Positions 45,333-57,325 of a DNA stretch of 64,000 nucleotides are shown piece after piece. The stretch spans positions 1,426,001 through 1,490,000 of the forward strand of contig OZ251236.1 of NCBI GenBank assembly GCA_965240325.2, in the 5' to 3' direction. Position numbers and translations under genes: made by a program. Below the pieces are notes generated by a model. The model was not told the DNA's origin, searched no databases, and saw only the letters and a list, made by a program, of their open reading frames with translations. Source of the DNA: Rebecca billardiae RCC1528 (Eukaryota; Protista; Haptophyta). Every line of letters starts with the position of its first letter. Position 1 is the stretch's first letter.

Positions 45333-47078
45333 GTGGGGTTATTGGTACAATAACTGATTGTCTAAGAGGACGACAAGAACGCCGGGCGCCAGCGCCGCTC
45401 ATCAGCCACATCGCCCTCTACCAGACCATCGCCTCAAAGGGCGCTGCTCCCGGACAAACAGTCTGTCCGGGTTGTTCTTTCTGCCGAGGAGATCGGTTTC
45501 CGGCGCCGGCCTCTGCCGCCTGCTTCGCCAGGCGCGGCGTGCGAGATGGCTCCAGCCAAGCTCGTCCTGCGTCGCCGGCGGCGGCGGCTCGCACGCGGGT
45601 GGCGCGTCGCGTGCACCGACCAACATCTTTCGGCAACTCGGCGGTAAGCAACGCTCCGCATCGCGCCCCCTCGCGCTTCGGGCCACCGCCTCTTCTCTCT
45701 CTGTGTGCGTGCGCACCCTGTGGCTCTTCCGCACCCGCCCCGATCGCACCGTTCCCTCTTCGCCACATGCCTCCTCCTCCGTGGGTGCGCCCCCACGCGG
45801 ATCGCTGCTCCATCTCTCCCGCCCTGCCTCGGGATCGCCCCGGTGCCAACGCCAGCCGGCTCCTACACAAGGACCGCTGGCGGCACACCGCGCGCCGGGC
45901 CCCGTGCGCACCCGCGGGCCGTTCACAGCATCCGCAAAGGCCGTCTAGCCTTCTCCTGCTTCCGCAGCGCCGCGCCCGCGGGGCCGGCTGCCTGCTGTCT
46001 CTCCTATTCGGGTTCCGTCTCACTCGCACTGCCCCACCTGCCCAGCCCCCGCTGGCCGGCCCTCGTGCGTGCGCGACTCACACGTGCCTTGCCCCTTTCC
46101 TTCCCATCGCTCAATGGGATTCTCCTCCACGCGGTGCTCCCCAACACACCATGAAACGGGATCACTCACGCACCGCGTCTCGTCGACGGCGAGCGGCATG
46201 CCCACCGCATCTGCTGCCGCTCGCCAAGGCATGAGGACACGTAAATCCCACTGAGTAGGAACACACGCAGCCGCCTCGGCATCGACATGCCAGGCGGCGT
46301 GCCCACCTTCGGCCAGCAGTTGGCGTCGGCGTTCACGAGGACGGCTAGACGTGGGGTTATTGGTACAATAACTGATTGTCTAAGAGGACGACAAGAACGC
46401 CGGGCGCCAGCGCCGCTCATCAGCCACATCGCCCTCTACCAGACCATCGCCTCAAAGGGCGCTGCTCCCGGACAAACAGTCTGTCCGGGTTGTTCTTTCT
46501 GCCGAGGAGATCGGTTTCCGGCGCCGGCCTCTGCCGCCTGCTTCGCCAGGCGCGGCGTGCGAGATGGCTCCAGCCAAGCTCGTCCTGCGTCGCCGGCGGC
46601 GGCGGCTCGCACGCGGGTGGCGCGTCGCGTGCACCGACCAACATCTTTCGGCAACCCGCCCACCCAGGGCCCGTTGGTCTGGTGCTCGGGCGGCGGGATC
46701 ACAACACCCGCCGTCCGACCGCCCGGTCTTGCGGCGCTGCACTTAGGGCTCATGTGACCCCCTGCCTCCCAACACGATTGGGTTTTTCAGGTTAGGTCCC
46801 CGGCAGTGCTGCTCCCGGGCGGTCAGGTGGAGGTTCAGTCGACGAGTCCGCAGGCGCTCAGCCTTCCGTCAGCGGACGTCCGCGCGGGATCACTCACGCA
46901 CCGCGTCTCGTCGACGGCGAGCGGCATGCCCACCGCATCTGCTGCCGCTCGCCAAGGCATGAGGACACGTAAATCCCACTGAGTAGGAACACACGCAGCC
47001 GCCTCGGCATCGACATGCCAGGCGGCGTGCCCACCTTCGGCCAGCAGTTGGCGTCGGCGTTCACGAGGACGGCTAGAC
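45333..47078. mobile_element. Non-autonomous element with split direct repeats A1-B1-A2-B2 (Ngaro/PAT-type tyrosine-recombinase retrotransposon architecture)
   Basis: A1 45333-45637 matches A2 46351-46655, and B1 46157-46350 matches B2 46885-47078. B1 abuts A2 exactly. Flanked by ATAT tracts. Confidence 0.75.
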
Positions 47079-47124
47079 ATATATATATATATATATATAT
47101 ATGTAACGGGCTACTACGACAGTG

Positions 47125-47165
<41 letters not shown>
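47079..47165. repeat. (AT)n tracts followed by a (TG)n microsatellite
   Basis: Read directly from the sequence. Confidence 0.9.
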
Positions 47166-47570
47166 CTGTAATATATGATGCGGGCATGCGGCTGGGGCGC
47201 ACGGGGCGCATTACCGGCCGACTCGGCCCGACGGCGGCGCACTGCGCCGTCGGCGTCGGGCGCGTCACCGGCTGCCGCCGAATGATCTATGATCGTGATT
47301 CGGCACGACGCGCGACGCCTGACGACTGCCGCGCGCGCTAAGCATCATCAGTAGATAGCTATATAGTACGTAGTATTCAGACTGCAAGAGGCACTGTCCG
47401 GTAGTACCAGGCACTACTGCTCATGCTGCTGATGACAATAAGCAGTGCATGGATGCCACTAGTCATGACGCGACTTTATCCCGCTGCAGATAAGAGTCCG
47501 CGCGATCCTGACAGCTTCGCGCGGTCACGTCAAACTCACTCGTAATAGGAGCGCCTGCGGAGGGATGGCG

Positions 47571-50416
47571 TCACGCGTCCGCCATCCAGTGCCGCCCCGG
47601 GCTGGGCGCGCCGTCGGCGCCATCGGCCTCGCCGAGCGTGAGGGTCTCGTACTCGCGCTGAAACGCGGCCGCGCCCGCCTCGCCGTGCGCGGCGTGCAGC
47701 GCGCGCACGGCGCGCCAGTGCACGCGCGCCAGCTCGCTCGGCGCGCCGTGCGCGCCCTCAAACGCGGCGAGCTGCGTCCACGCGCCGAGGTGGGCGGGGT
47801 GCTCTGCAACCGCGCGCTCGAGCACTGCGCGCGTCGCCATCGCCTCGGCGCGCCGCAGCTGCGCGTCGGCGCACGCGCCGCCGTCGGCGCGCGCGCACGC
47901 GGCGCGCGCGCACGCGGCGTATACCTGCGGGCGGGCGAGGCGGCGCGGGCGCGTCAGCGCAGCACGGCGGGGCACGGCGCAGCGGCGCGGGCGCGCGCGC
48001 GCAGACGCGCGCGCGCAAGTGCGCGCACGTGCATGTGCGTGGGCGGCAGTGCAAGCACGGCCGCCACGCAGCGCGCGCGCCGCTCGGCCCACGCCGCCTC
48101 GTCGACCTCGGCCTCGGCCGGGCGCAGCGCCCAGCGCAGCAGCTCGAGCTTGGCGCGCGCGCTGCCGTGCGCGCCGTGCCCGCTCAGCGCCGCGTGCGCG
48201 GCGCGCGTTGCATCGAGCAGCTCGGCCTCAGCCGCGCCCGTGTCGGCTAGGCAGCGGACGGCGAGCGCGCACGCCGCGCCGCGCCCGCGGCCCTCGACCT
48301 CGGCGGCGGCAGGGACGGCGGTGTCGCCGGCGCCGGCGGCGTCGACGCACGCGTCCGCGAGCGCGCGCGACGCGTGCCGCGCGGCCGCCGCCGCCGAGCG
48401 CGCGGCGGGTGCGTGCCGCGCGCTGCCGTACTGAGTCGCCAGCAGCGCCAGCTCGCGCGCTGTGCGCACGCGCTCGGCGGCCGCGGCGCTGAGCGCGCTC
48501 GGCGCGCCCGCGGCGGGCGCGGTGAGCGCGGTGAGCGCGGCGGAGAGGCGGTGCAGCAGCCAGAGCAGCGACGCGCTCTCCGCGCCCGCGCCCAGCGCGC
48601 AGCCGCACGCGCGGTGCGCGGCCGCCGCCGCCGCCGCCGCATCTTCGAGGGAGCGCGCGCCCGCGCCGCCGCGCGCGCGCGCGGCCGCGGCGCCGTCGAG
48701 CGCGCGCGTGCACGCGCGCAGCAGCGCGCACAGCGACGCGCGCGCGCCGGCCGCGTCGTCCGCGTCGATCGACTCCGCACCGCCCGCGTGCGCCGCGCCG
48801 CCCAGCGCCGCCGCCTCCTCCTCCTCCTCCTCGTCGTCGCCGTCGTCGTCGTCCTCCTCCGCCTCCGCGTCCGCCGCTGCGCCGGCCGCGCCGCCGGCCG
48901 CGCCGCCGGCCGCGCCGCCGGCCGCGCCGCCGGCCGCGCCGCCGGCCGCGTCGGCCGCGCCAGCGCCGAGCGTCCAGGGCGGCGCGTCCGCGCCCTCGGC
49001 GGCGGCCTCGTCGTCGGCGGCCAGCGCGTCGGCGTGCGCGAGGTGCAGCGCGGCGTGCGCGAGGTGCAGCGCCGGCGCAGGCAGTGAGACGCGCGCGCCA
49101 AGCGCGCAGAGAGCGAGGCAGCACTCGCGCAGCGCGCGCCGCCCGCCCTCGCCCATGGCGGCGCCGTGCGCGCGGCCGAGCGCGAGCGCCCAGCGCAGGC
49201 AGCGCTCGCACGTGCGCAGCGCGCGCGCGCACGCGTCGTCGTCGGCGAGCTCGCCGCCGCGCGCGCGCTCGAGCGGGCGCAGCGCGCGCGCCGCCGCGGC
49301 GCGCACGCGCGCCAGAGTGGCAGGCAGCGCGCGCGCGGCGCGCTCGCCCCAGCGCGCGCCGCCGCCCGCGGCCGCGCCCTCGTCCGCGCTCCCGCCGTCC
49401 GCGCCGCGTCCCTCGGCGTCGGCGGCGTCGTCGCGCGCGCGGCGCGCGGCGCGCGCCGCCGCGCGCCCGTCCGCCGCGAGCGCCGCCTCGAGCGGCCATG
49501 TCGCGAGCGCGAGCGCCGCGCGCGGCTCGGCCGCGGCCGCGCTCGAGCGCAGCGCGCGCGCGAGGCGGCGCGTGAGCGCGCGCGCGTGCGGCGCGCGCGC
49601 GGCGTCGTGCAGCAGCTGCGCGGCGGTCGCGGCGGCGCGCGCCGCGCGGCCCGCCTCGCCCGCCGCCGCCGCCTCGCCCTCCGCGCTGCGCGCCAGCCCG
49701 TGGAGCGCGTCCGCGGGCGCGGCGTCCACCGCCGCCTCAAAGACGAGCGTCGGGATCGACTCGAGCGGCGGCGCCGAGGGGCCGGCGGGCGCGTCGGCGG
49801 CGTCGGTGGGCAGGCCGAGCGCGACGCGGCGGCGGCGCAGCCGCTCGCGGTACTGCAGCTCGAAGCGGAAGTAGCTGCGCCACAGCGCCGCGCTGCTCTG
49901 CGCGAGCGCGCGCAGCCCACGCTGGTAGAGCGCGCGCGCGCGCGCGCCGGACGCGCGCTCGCGCCACTCCCACTCGGCGGCGCGCGCCCAGAGGCGGGGC
50001 TCGTTGGGGTGGAGCGCGAGCGCGGCGGCGAGCACCTTCGCCAGCCGCGCGTGCGCGCCCGTGCGCTCGCAGTGGTCCGCCCACGCGTGCCACAGCCGGA
50101 GGTTGGCGCGCCACTTGCGCGTCGCGCGCTCAAAGATGAAGTGCACGCGGCGCGCGCGCGAGGCGTCGGCGGGCGTGCGCTTGGTGAAGCCGAGCCGGCG
50201 CTTGCGCAGCGTGTGCAACGCGTCCAGCCGCAGCTCGTGCTGCGCGTAGCGCAGAAAGTCGGCGGGCGTCGCCTGCCGGCCGTGCGCGAGCAGCTCGTGC
50301 CGCTCGCGCCGCTTCACGATCGCGCGCAGCTCCGCGTCCGAGTAGAGGCCGAGGCGGCGGTACTCGTCGATCTCGGGCACCATCTCCTCCATCAGCTTGC
50401 GCACGCGGTCCGCCAT
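47571..50416 (-). CDS. UTP6: U3 snoRNA-associated protein 6 homolog (HAT repeats); exons 50416-48029 and 47924-47571
   Basis: MADRVRKLMEEMVPEIDEY..IVKRRERHE..DFLRYAQHELRLD..RKRR and IFERATRKW..LW..AAEWEW..ARALYQRGLR..LWRSYFRFEL. Confidence 0.88.
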
Positions 50417-50681
50417 CGCGCCCGCGCGCCGCCGGCCACGCCGCGCTGGGGGGGGGGGCTGCGGCGCGTGTGCCGCGCGCCGACGTGTGCCGGCCGCGTG
50501 TGCGCGATGATGCGCCTGCCGTCGCCGCTCACGTGGTCGTGTGCACAGGCCTGCGTCGCGCCCTCCACGATGGCGTCCGGCGCGCGAATTTTCTGTGGGA
50601 AGGACGTGGGGGAGCAAAAGGCCATCATCGAAAAATCATAAGAAGGTGAAAAAGATCGGGTTTTCGGGGAGATCGTGTTTG

Positions 50682-50852
50682 ATTGGTCCTTTGGTTTGAT
50701 CTCGGGAAGCCGGACCCTGGACCGAACCCAGTTTTGTGCCGATTCGCGCCATTCCACTGGTCAGCCCGTCGGTTTTTTGATACCTTCCTGGTTCTCCCCA
50801 ATCGCGCTAATTGCAACTGTTTTCTTAACCACCCGGCGCCGTGGCCAATCAG
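50682..50852. promoter_or_regulatory. Three CCAAT boxes in the UTP6/NF-YA divergent promoter
   Basis: ATTGG at 50682-50686, CCAAT at 50798-50802 and GGCCAATCAG at 50843-50852, within an AT-richer intergenic patch. Confidence 0.5.
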
Positions 50853-51271
50853 CGCGTTAGACGCGCCGACACGCGCCCGCGTGAGTGGCTGGCTCGCGCG
50901 GTGTCCGCGCGAGCGCCAGCCACTCACGCGCCGCCCCCCGCACGACCTATCGATCGTGCCGCCAGCCTTTTGAGCCAGTGCCGCCCAGACTTGGGCCGCC
51001 CAACCAGCGCGAGGCCTCCGCCGCCTCGGCGTCGACAGCAAGCCAAGCGCGAGTCCCGGAGGGGGGCACACAGGTGCGCGCCGTGGTGCGTAGCCAGAGA
51101 CGCGGCGCGCGACGCCACGCCGGCCCGCCTCGGCCGCTCCGCCGGCGTACGCGGCGGCATCACGCGCGCCCCCGACGCTCACGCAGCCGTCTCCCCGCGC
51201 GCCTCGCCTGGCGCACCGCGCCCTTCTTGATCGCCGGCCCGCCAGGCAGCGGCACACTCCAGGGCGACTCT

Positions 51272-52677
51272 ATGATGCAGATCATGGCACAGGGCGGCGG
51301 CCAGGGCGGTGCAGAGCAGGGCTACTCAACTCAAATGGATGTGGGCAGCGGCGGCGCGGGCGGCGGCGACGTGCAGCACGGCTCGACCGTCGCGCTGCAG
51401 GGCATGACGCTGCAGCAGCTCTCCGCGCTGCAGCACATGCACCCGCAGATGATGGTCGGCGAGCACAGCGCGGACGGCCAGCTGCGCGCGCTGCAGCAGG
51501 CGGCCGCCGCCGCCGCGGCCAACACCGCGGACGGGAGCGGCGGCGGCGGCGGCGCGGGCGGCGCAAACGGGGCGAACGGCGACGCCGGCAACCTGGCCGC
51601 CGCCGCCGCGCAGACCAACGCCATCATGATGGCGCAGGCTGCGCAGGCCAACGGCGGCGTCTCGGCGGGCATGGTGGGCGTGATGGGCGCCGTGCCCGCG
51701 ATGCAGGGCATGCAGGCGATGCAGGGCGTGCCCGGCGTGGGCGTGCAGCCGATCGACGTGGCCGCGCTGCTGCAGTCGGGCATGGCCATGGCCGTCGACC
51801 CGACCAAGCGCTCCCTGCTCGTCGACGGGTACGGCTCGGCCGGCCTGGTCGCGCCCCACCTGGTGCGCGCGCCGCCTCTCTGCGCTCTGCGCCGCGCCGC
51901 GCCGCGCCGCGCGCGCGCCGACGCTGACGCGCCTCCGGCCCTCGTCGCCCCCGCGCGGTGTGCGCCGCGCAGGGCATCCCGCCGCAGCTGCTGTCGGTCT
52001 ACGCGCACGCCGGCGGCGTGCCCCAGCAGCAGTCGCAGCAGCCGGGCGCAGTCGGCGCGGCCGCGGCGGGCGGCGCGCAGGGCTCGCAGCCGCTCGCCCT
52101 GCCGGGCCCGCCGCGCATGCCGCTCCCGACTGAGGGCGGCGCCATCGTCGACCAGGACGCCCCCGTGTACGTGAACGCCAAGCAGTACAACCGCATCCTC
52201 AAGCGCCGCGCCGCGCGCGCCAAGCAGGAGGCGGACAACAAGGCGGTGCGCGCGCGCAAGGCGTACCTGCACGAGAGCAGGCACAAGCACGCGCTGCGGC
52301 GCGCGCGCGGCACGGGCGGGCGCTTCCTCACCGCCGCGGCGATCGCGGCCGCGGAGGCGGCCGAAGCGGCCGCCAAGGCGGCCGGCGGCGCGGGCGCGCC
52401 CGCGGGCAGCGGGGACGACGAGACGACGGCCACGGCCGAGCACATCGCCGCCCTCAACTCAGACGCGGGTGCGGGCGCGCCGCGCGTCGAGGGCGGCGCA
52501 CGCGCCGCGGGGGGCGCCGACGCAGGGGCAGCGGGCGCGGCGGAGGGCAGTCCCGACGCGGCAGCGGGCGCCGACGCGCGCGCGCGGCAAGCGGACGCAG
52601 ACGACAGCGCGGCGCCGATCGCGCTGGGCGCGGGCTCGGCGCACGAGCTGTCGCTGCACGCGCAGGCGGTGGCATGA
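51272..52677 (+). CDS. NF-YA: Nuclear transcription factor Y subunit A (CBF-B/HAP2); exons 51272-51862 and 51973-52677
   Basis: [48 protein letters not shown]; Q/M/G-rich N-terminal region. Confidence 0.93.
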
Positions 52678-53027
52678 GAGCGGCGCAGCCCGTCGCCGCC
52701 GCCGAGGCGACAAGGCGCGCGGAGGCCGGCAGCCCTTCTCGCCGGCTCCGCGCCGGGCGTCGACACGATGGCGCCCCGCCAGGGACCACGTGCGTGCTGA
52801 CTGGACGTTCACAGCCATGGCCATGTTTGTGTGTGACTGCCTGACGCGACGGCGCTGCGGCTCGACGCCCGGGCCCGGCACCGCGGGACGTGCGGACTGG
52901 CGTGGCGGCCGAACCCGACTCGCAGATCACTTTCGGTGATTCGATTTCACGGTTTATCTGGGCGGTCTTATTTATATTAATTTATTTTATAATAACGCCC
53001 CCGGGGGCACTCACGGCTCAGTGGCCC

Positions 53028-53030
<3 letters not shown>

Positions 53031-53110
<80 letters not shown>
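53031..53110. repeat. (TA)40 microsatellite
   Basis: Read directly from the sequence. Confidence 0.97.
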
Positions 53111-53111
<1 letters not shown>

Positions 53112-53357
53112 TTATAATAATAATACGGACTCGGGCCCTGCTCCGGGCCCGCTCCGGCCGGCGGCAGTGAGTCACAGTCCGCGGCCCGCCGCAGGGGCCA
53201 CTGAGGCGGCCTCTCCGTGAGTCAGGTCCGACTCACGAGTGTCGCCAGTGACTGGCAGGAATAACTAGGAAGCCTCAGGTTGAGTCAGGAGCGTGGTAAT
53301 CACCTTACACAATACTGCACCTATGACCGGCTAAGTCTACGACTACTGGCCCATGAA

Positions 53358-53819
53358 CAGGGCTCCAAGACGGTACACCGGACACCGGTAAATACCGTAC
53401 CGTCGGTGCGTACCGGTGCGTATGTACTGTACCGGTATGCACCGCCACAATTACAAACCGCTGCCGGCGCACCGGTGAGAGTCCGGGAGGGGTCGTGTGC
53501 GCCCGGACCACAGCACGGGCCGCGAGTACGGAGTACGCGGAGCTGTTGCTTGTCAGTCGGTCCGAGGTCGGAGTCACTGCTGGCACTCTCACTCACTCTC
53601 AGGAGTCAGGGGAGGCGAATAGGCGCCGCCGATTTCGTCCTGAATAATTGGGCTGTTTCTATCAGTAAATAGGCCCAAAATTTTTCTTCGCCTCGGGCCG
53701 GCCCGGGGGGGACACCCCCCCGGACCCCCCCGCGGTGCGCGCACCGGTGTACCGGTACACCGGCGCCTGCGGCGCCGGTGCACCGGTACGCGTACCGAGC
53801 ACCGGATCTTTGAGCCCTG
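53358..53819. mobile_element. hAT-family MITE (462 bp)
   Basis: TIRs CAGGGCTCCAAGA / TCTTTGAGCCCTG; perfect 8-bp TSD CCCATGAA (53350-53357, 53820-53827); ACCGGT/GTAC subterminal repeats. Confidence 0.9.
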
Positions 53820-53905
53820 CCCATGAAAGCAAAGGAATTCCTTTGATGAAAGATTCAAGTTCAGCTTGGGAGCAATCTTGGCCGCCCGTGCTGGTACATA
53901 AAAGC

Positions 53906-54535
53906 ATGGCGCCTGCCGCCGAGGGGTGCACACCACGGAAGCTCGGCCTGACGTTCAAGCCGCCGTCGCTGACGGTGGTCTACGCGGCACATGGCACGAC
54001 GAAGCTTCGAAGGCGGAACATCCCCGTGCGTGGCCTGCGCGCGGAGTCGGAGCCGGCCGACGTCGCACGCCGGCTTGCGCAGGCGCATGCGGACTTGCTC
54101 GCACCGGCGCTCGTGCCCACGGCGCAGCTCGAAAAGCTGATGCAGAGATTGGTGAGCAGCGTGGCCGAACGCGCCCTCACGAGCGGGCAGTCGCTTGCAC
54201 CCCAGCGGCAAGTGGCGCCCGCCTCGCAAGGGTCCGCAGCCGTGCCCGCGTGGGGCGGCAGCGGCGCGTCGCCCCCGCCGGCCGCGGTCGCCCCCGACGC
54301 CAACCTGAACGCCCTCGACACCGACGAGCTCAACGCGGTGAAGGCGACAATGGACGTAGCCTTCCGCGCGCGGCAGCTGAAGCCGGGCGACGCTGGATAC
54401 GAGTACGACAAGCGCGTCGACTTCGGCCGCCCGGTCGCGCAGTCCGAGTGGGACGACGAGCTGGAGGACTTCACCTCCTCGGAGGAGGAGGACCTGTTCG
54501 GCAAGAAGGACGATCTCGCCTCGCTGCTCGCGTGA
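53906..54535 (+). CDS. CEP19: Centrosomal protein of 19 kDa homolog
   Basis: PRKLGLTFKPPSLTVVY..KLRRRNIPVR..VPTAQLEKL and NLNALDTDELNAVKATMD..LKPGDAGYEYDKRVDF..SEWD. Confidence 0.9.
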   Translation: MAPAAEGCTPRKLGLTFKPPSLTVVYAAHGTTKLRRRNIPVRGLRAESEPADVARRLAQAHADLLAPALVPTAQLEKLMQRLVSSVAERALTSGQSLAPQRQVAPASQGSAAVPAWGGSGASPPPAAVAPDANLNALDTDELNAVKATMDVAFRARQLKPGDAGYEYDKRVDFGRPVAQSEWDDELEDFTSSEEEDLFGKKDDLASLLA

Positions 54536-55071
54536 GCGGCCTCCAGCGCCGAGGCGGGGCGGCGTCCGATGCGCTCACCGCGCTGGTCTGCGCATCCTCG
54601 TCGTCCGAGTAGTGAACGAGTCTCGGTCCGCGTGGGGGGCACGGCGGCGGCAGCTGCGGCCGAGGCTCAGCGCAGCGGAGCCCGAGTCACTCGAGTGCTG
54701 GATCAGAGTGACTCAGACTGCTGAGGGCCGAGAGAGACTGCCGCTGAGGCGGCGCTGAGCTGACTACGACAATATTAGCCAGCGCTCGGCGCCAAACAAA
54801 TTAACCGCTATGTAGGTCTAATTATGACGATCAAGACGGAGCGGCACTGCGGGGCTCGGCGCCTGGCGCAGGGCTCCGCGCCGTCCTCGGCGCCCGGGCC
54901 GGAGCGGCAGAGCTCGGCGCCAGTGCCGGGCGGTCCGTGCGGCCCGGCCCCCGCGCGGGCGCACGACGAGGCGGCCCGTAGTTGACGGCGACGCCGAACG
55001 GTGACTGCGCGCCGTGCACGAATGACGCGCGGCGATACGTAGTGGCTGGTGATGCCGAGCTTGTTAGCAGT

Positions 55072-55779
55072 TCAGCAACCACGTTGGTTCACCATCACAT
55101 TGATAGTGTCCCCATCTTGCATGTCCAGCGACACCACCGTGTCCCCAGACTGAACTCTGTTCCCATCAAAGAGGAAGTAGAGATGTTCCCTCGTGCTGCC
55201 CCGCGTCTCGCAAAAGGAATCCATTACCTTCCCCAGCGGCGCGGTGCTACGGACCATGTAGGCCGTCGTAGAACCGTCCTCAGAACTCACGTAGATCCGC
55301 ACGCTCGGCGACTCAGGGGCGCTAGCCCCACGCCGACGTTTGCGCGCCACCTGCTCGGCGCGCTCGAAAGCCCAGGCCCAGCCGCTCAGCCCAGCGGCGC
55401 CGTAGAGCCGCGTGAACTCACGCCGCGTCTTCTCGACGCGCGCGCGGCGGATGTCGGCGTCGAGGTCGCCGTCGGCGTCATGGTGGATCATTGCCGACAC
55501 CTTGTCCAGTACACGCGCGCACGCCTCGGCGTACCCGCGCGTATCCAGGATGTGCTCGTGCCAAACCATGTCGACCGCGAGCGGCGGCGAAAGCAGCCGA
55601 GCATCGTGGTCGCCGAGCGAAACCTTGAGCGCCAGGAACTGACGGTACGCGGCGATGGCGACGGGCGCCTCCGCCGCAGTGAAGTGCCCCTTACGCACCA
55701 GCCGGCGCTCGAGTCCGCCAAGGTCGAGCGCCTGCGTCGCCGCATCGGCGCGGGCGCCGTCGGTGATGCCTGTTGCCAT
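55072..55779 (-). CDS. GRDP/DUF1399-like domain fused to a C-terminal SUMO-like (Rad60-SLD) domain ending NQRGC (235 aa)
   Basis: YRQFLALK..LSPPLAVDMVWHEHILDTRGYAEAC..IHHD, then PLGKVMDSFC..FLFDGNRV..DTVVSLDMQDGDTINVMVNQRGC. Confidence 0.82.
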   Translation of the reverse strand: MATGITDGARADAATQALDLGGLERRLVRKGHFTAAEAPVAIAAYRQFLALKVSLGDHDARLLSPPLAVDMVWHEHILDTRGYAEACARVLDKVSAMIHHDADGDLDADIRRARVEKTRREFTRLYGAAGLSGWAWAFERAEQVARKRRRGASAPESPSVRIYVSSEDGSTTAYMVRSTAPLGKVMDSFCETRGSTREHLYFLFDGNRVQSGDTVVSLDMQDGDTINVMVNQRGC

Positions 55780-55916
55780 GTGTGCGCTGACGAGCGATCG
55801 GGCGACCAACCGTAAACCGTCGTCGTCGCCCAGAAGAATCCGAGCCGTCAGCCGCGGGATCAGAGGCTGCAGGAGGCCCTGGCGCTGCGGCGGGACACGG
55901 CGCGGCGCGCGCGTGC

Positions 55917-57325
55917 ATGTACTACTCGCGCGCGATGCGGTACGGGGACGACAACTACCGCCCGTCGGCGCCGCGCTCGCCCGGCTTGCAGCAGCCCGCC
56001 TCGCCGATGTCGCCCCGCTCCGCGCGGCAGACGCTGCTCAAGCAGGCGGCGGTGATCGGCTCGATCGAGACCGACAGCTCACTCGACCAGCTCGAGGACA
56101 ACCTGAGCGTGGAGGAGCTCGCGGAGCGGTTGCGCTGCGAGAAGCTCAAGGCGACGTCGCTCGCCAACCTCTTCCAGGCGTACGAGGCGGAGTGCGACAC
56201 GGTGTGCCGCGGCGCGCGGCCGCGCGCGCAGCGCGTAACCTGCGCATGGCGTGACAGATGGCGCCGCGCCACGCGCCCCTGCCGGGGCTGGGCGGCTCGT
56301 GCCGGCGCGCGCGCGCGCAGGAGATCAAGCGGATCCGCCGCCTGTCCGAGCGCACGATCCAGAACGAGCGCCGGGTCTCCGGCCTCGAGCCGGGCAACGT
56401 GGTGCGTGCGACCGCCACGTTTGCGCTCGAGCCGGAGCTGGAGCGCATCCGCGCCATCGTCTCGGCCGCGGCGGAGAGCGCGCTGGCGGCGCAGGCGGAG
56501 GCGCACGAGGAGGCGCAGCGGCGGATGGTCGAGACGCTCACGCGCCTCGAGGCCTGCGCGCGCAGCCTGGGCGCGCTGCGCGCCGCGGGCGCGCGCGCCG
56601 GTGCGGACGCGGCGGGCGAGGGGGCGGAGTCAGCCGCAGCGGAGGGCGCGGCTCCGGCGGATGCGGCGGCGGCAGAGCTCGAGGTGCGCCGCGCGGGCCG
56701 CGCGCCCTCGCGCGCGCCCTCGCGCGCCGCGAGCCTCCGCGCTCACGCACACCCCCGCGCGCCGCGCCTCGCCGCGCAGGCCCTGCGCGCCGAGCTCGCC
56801 GCCGAGCGCGAGCGCAGCGCCGCGCTCGAGCTGACGTGCGCGCAGCTGATCAAGGGGGCCACGTCCTCCTACCACGCGCCCAAGGGCGGCGCCAAGCGCA
56901 TCGACCAGAGGCTCGAGGCGCAGCCCGCCGTGCACGGCGCGCGGCTCTCGAAGGCCTTCGCCGGCCACCCGTACTCCACCGAGGACACGACGCTGTACAC
57001 GCCCGCGCACACGGCGGGCGCCGCCCAGCCCGCGCAGCCGCAGCGCACGGGCAGCGAGGACGGCGCGCCGGCCGGGGGCGCTCGGGAGGGGGCGGACGCC
57101 ACGCCGGCGGACTCCGTCGACCTTGCGGGCGGGGACGAAGCCGCGCCGCGGCTTGCGCAGGAGGACAGCGGCGGCGAGGAGCGAGCGGCGGAGGCAGGTG
57201 GCGAGGGCGGCGCACAGCCAGCTGACGCCGAGGCTGAGCGCGAGCAGCAGCAGGACGGCTACGAGGGCGGGCGCGCGGCTCAGCACGAGTCTGAGGGCGA
57301 GTCTGACGACGGCGCGCTCATGTGA
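55917..57325 (+). CDS. Uncharacterised coiled-coil protein; introns 56202-56320 and 56684-56779
   Basis: Protein-like ORF segments joined by GT..GCGCAG introns; acidic tail. Confidence 0.65.

Noticed and set aside
45323-46795. ORFs inside the split-repeat element as gag/RT/YR
   Set aside because: No recognisable motifs; they arise from GC-rich repeat sequence.
52890-53117. YIYIYI-containing ORFs (also 46894-47341 and 7830-8185)
   Set aside because: Translations of (TA)n microsatellites.
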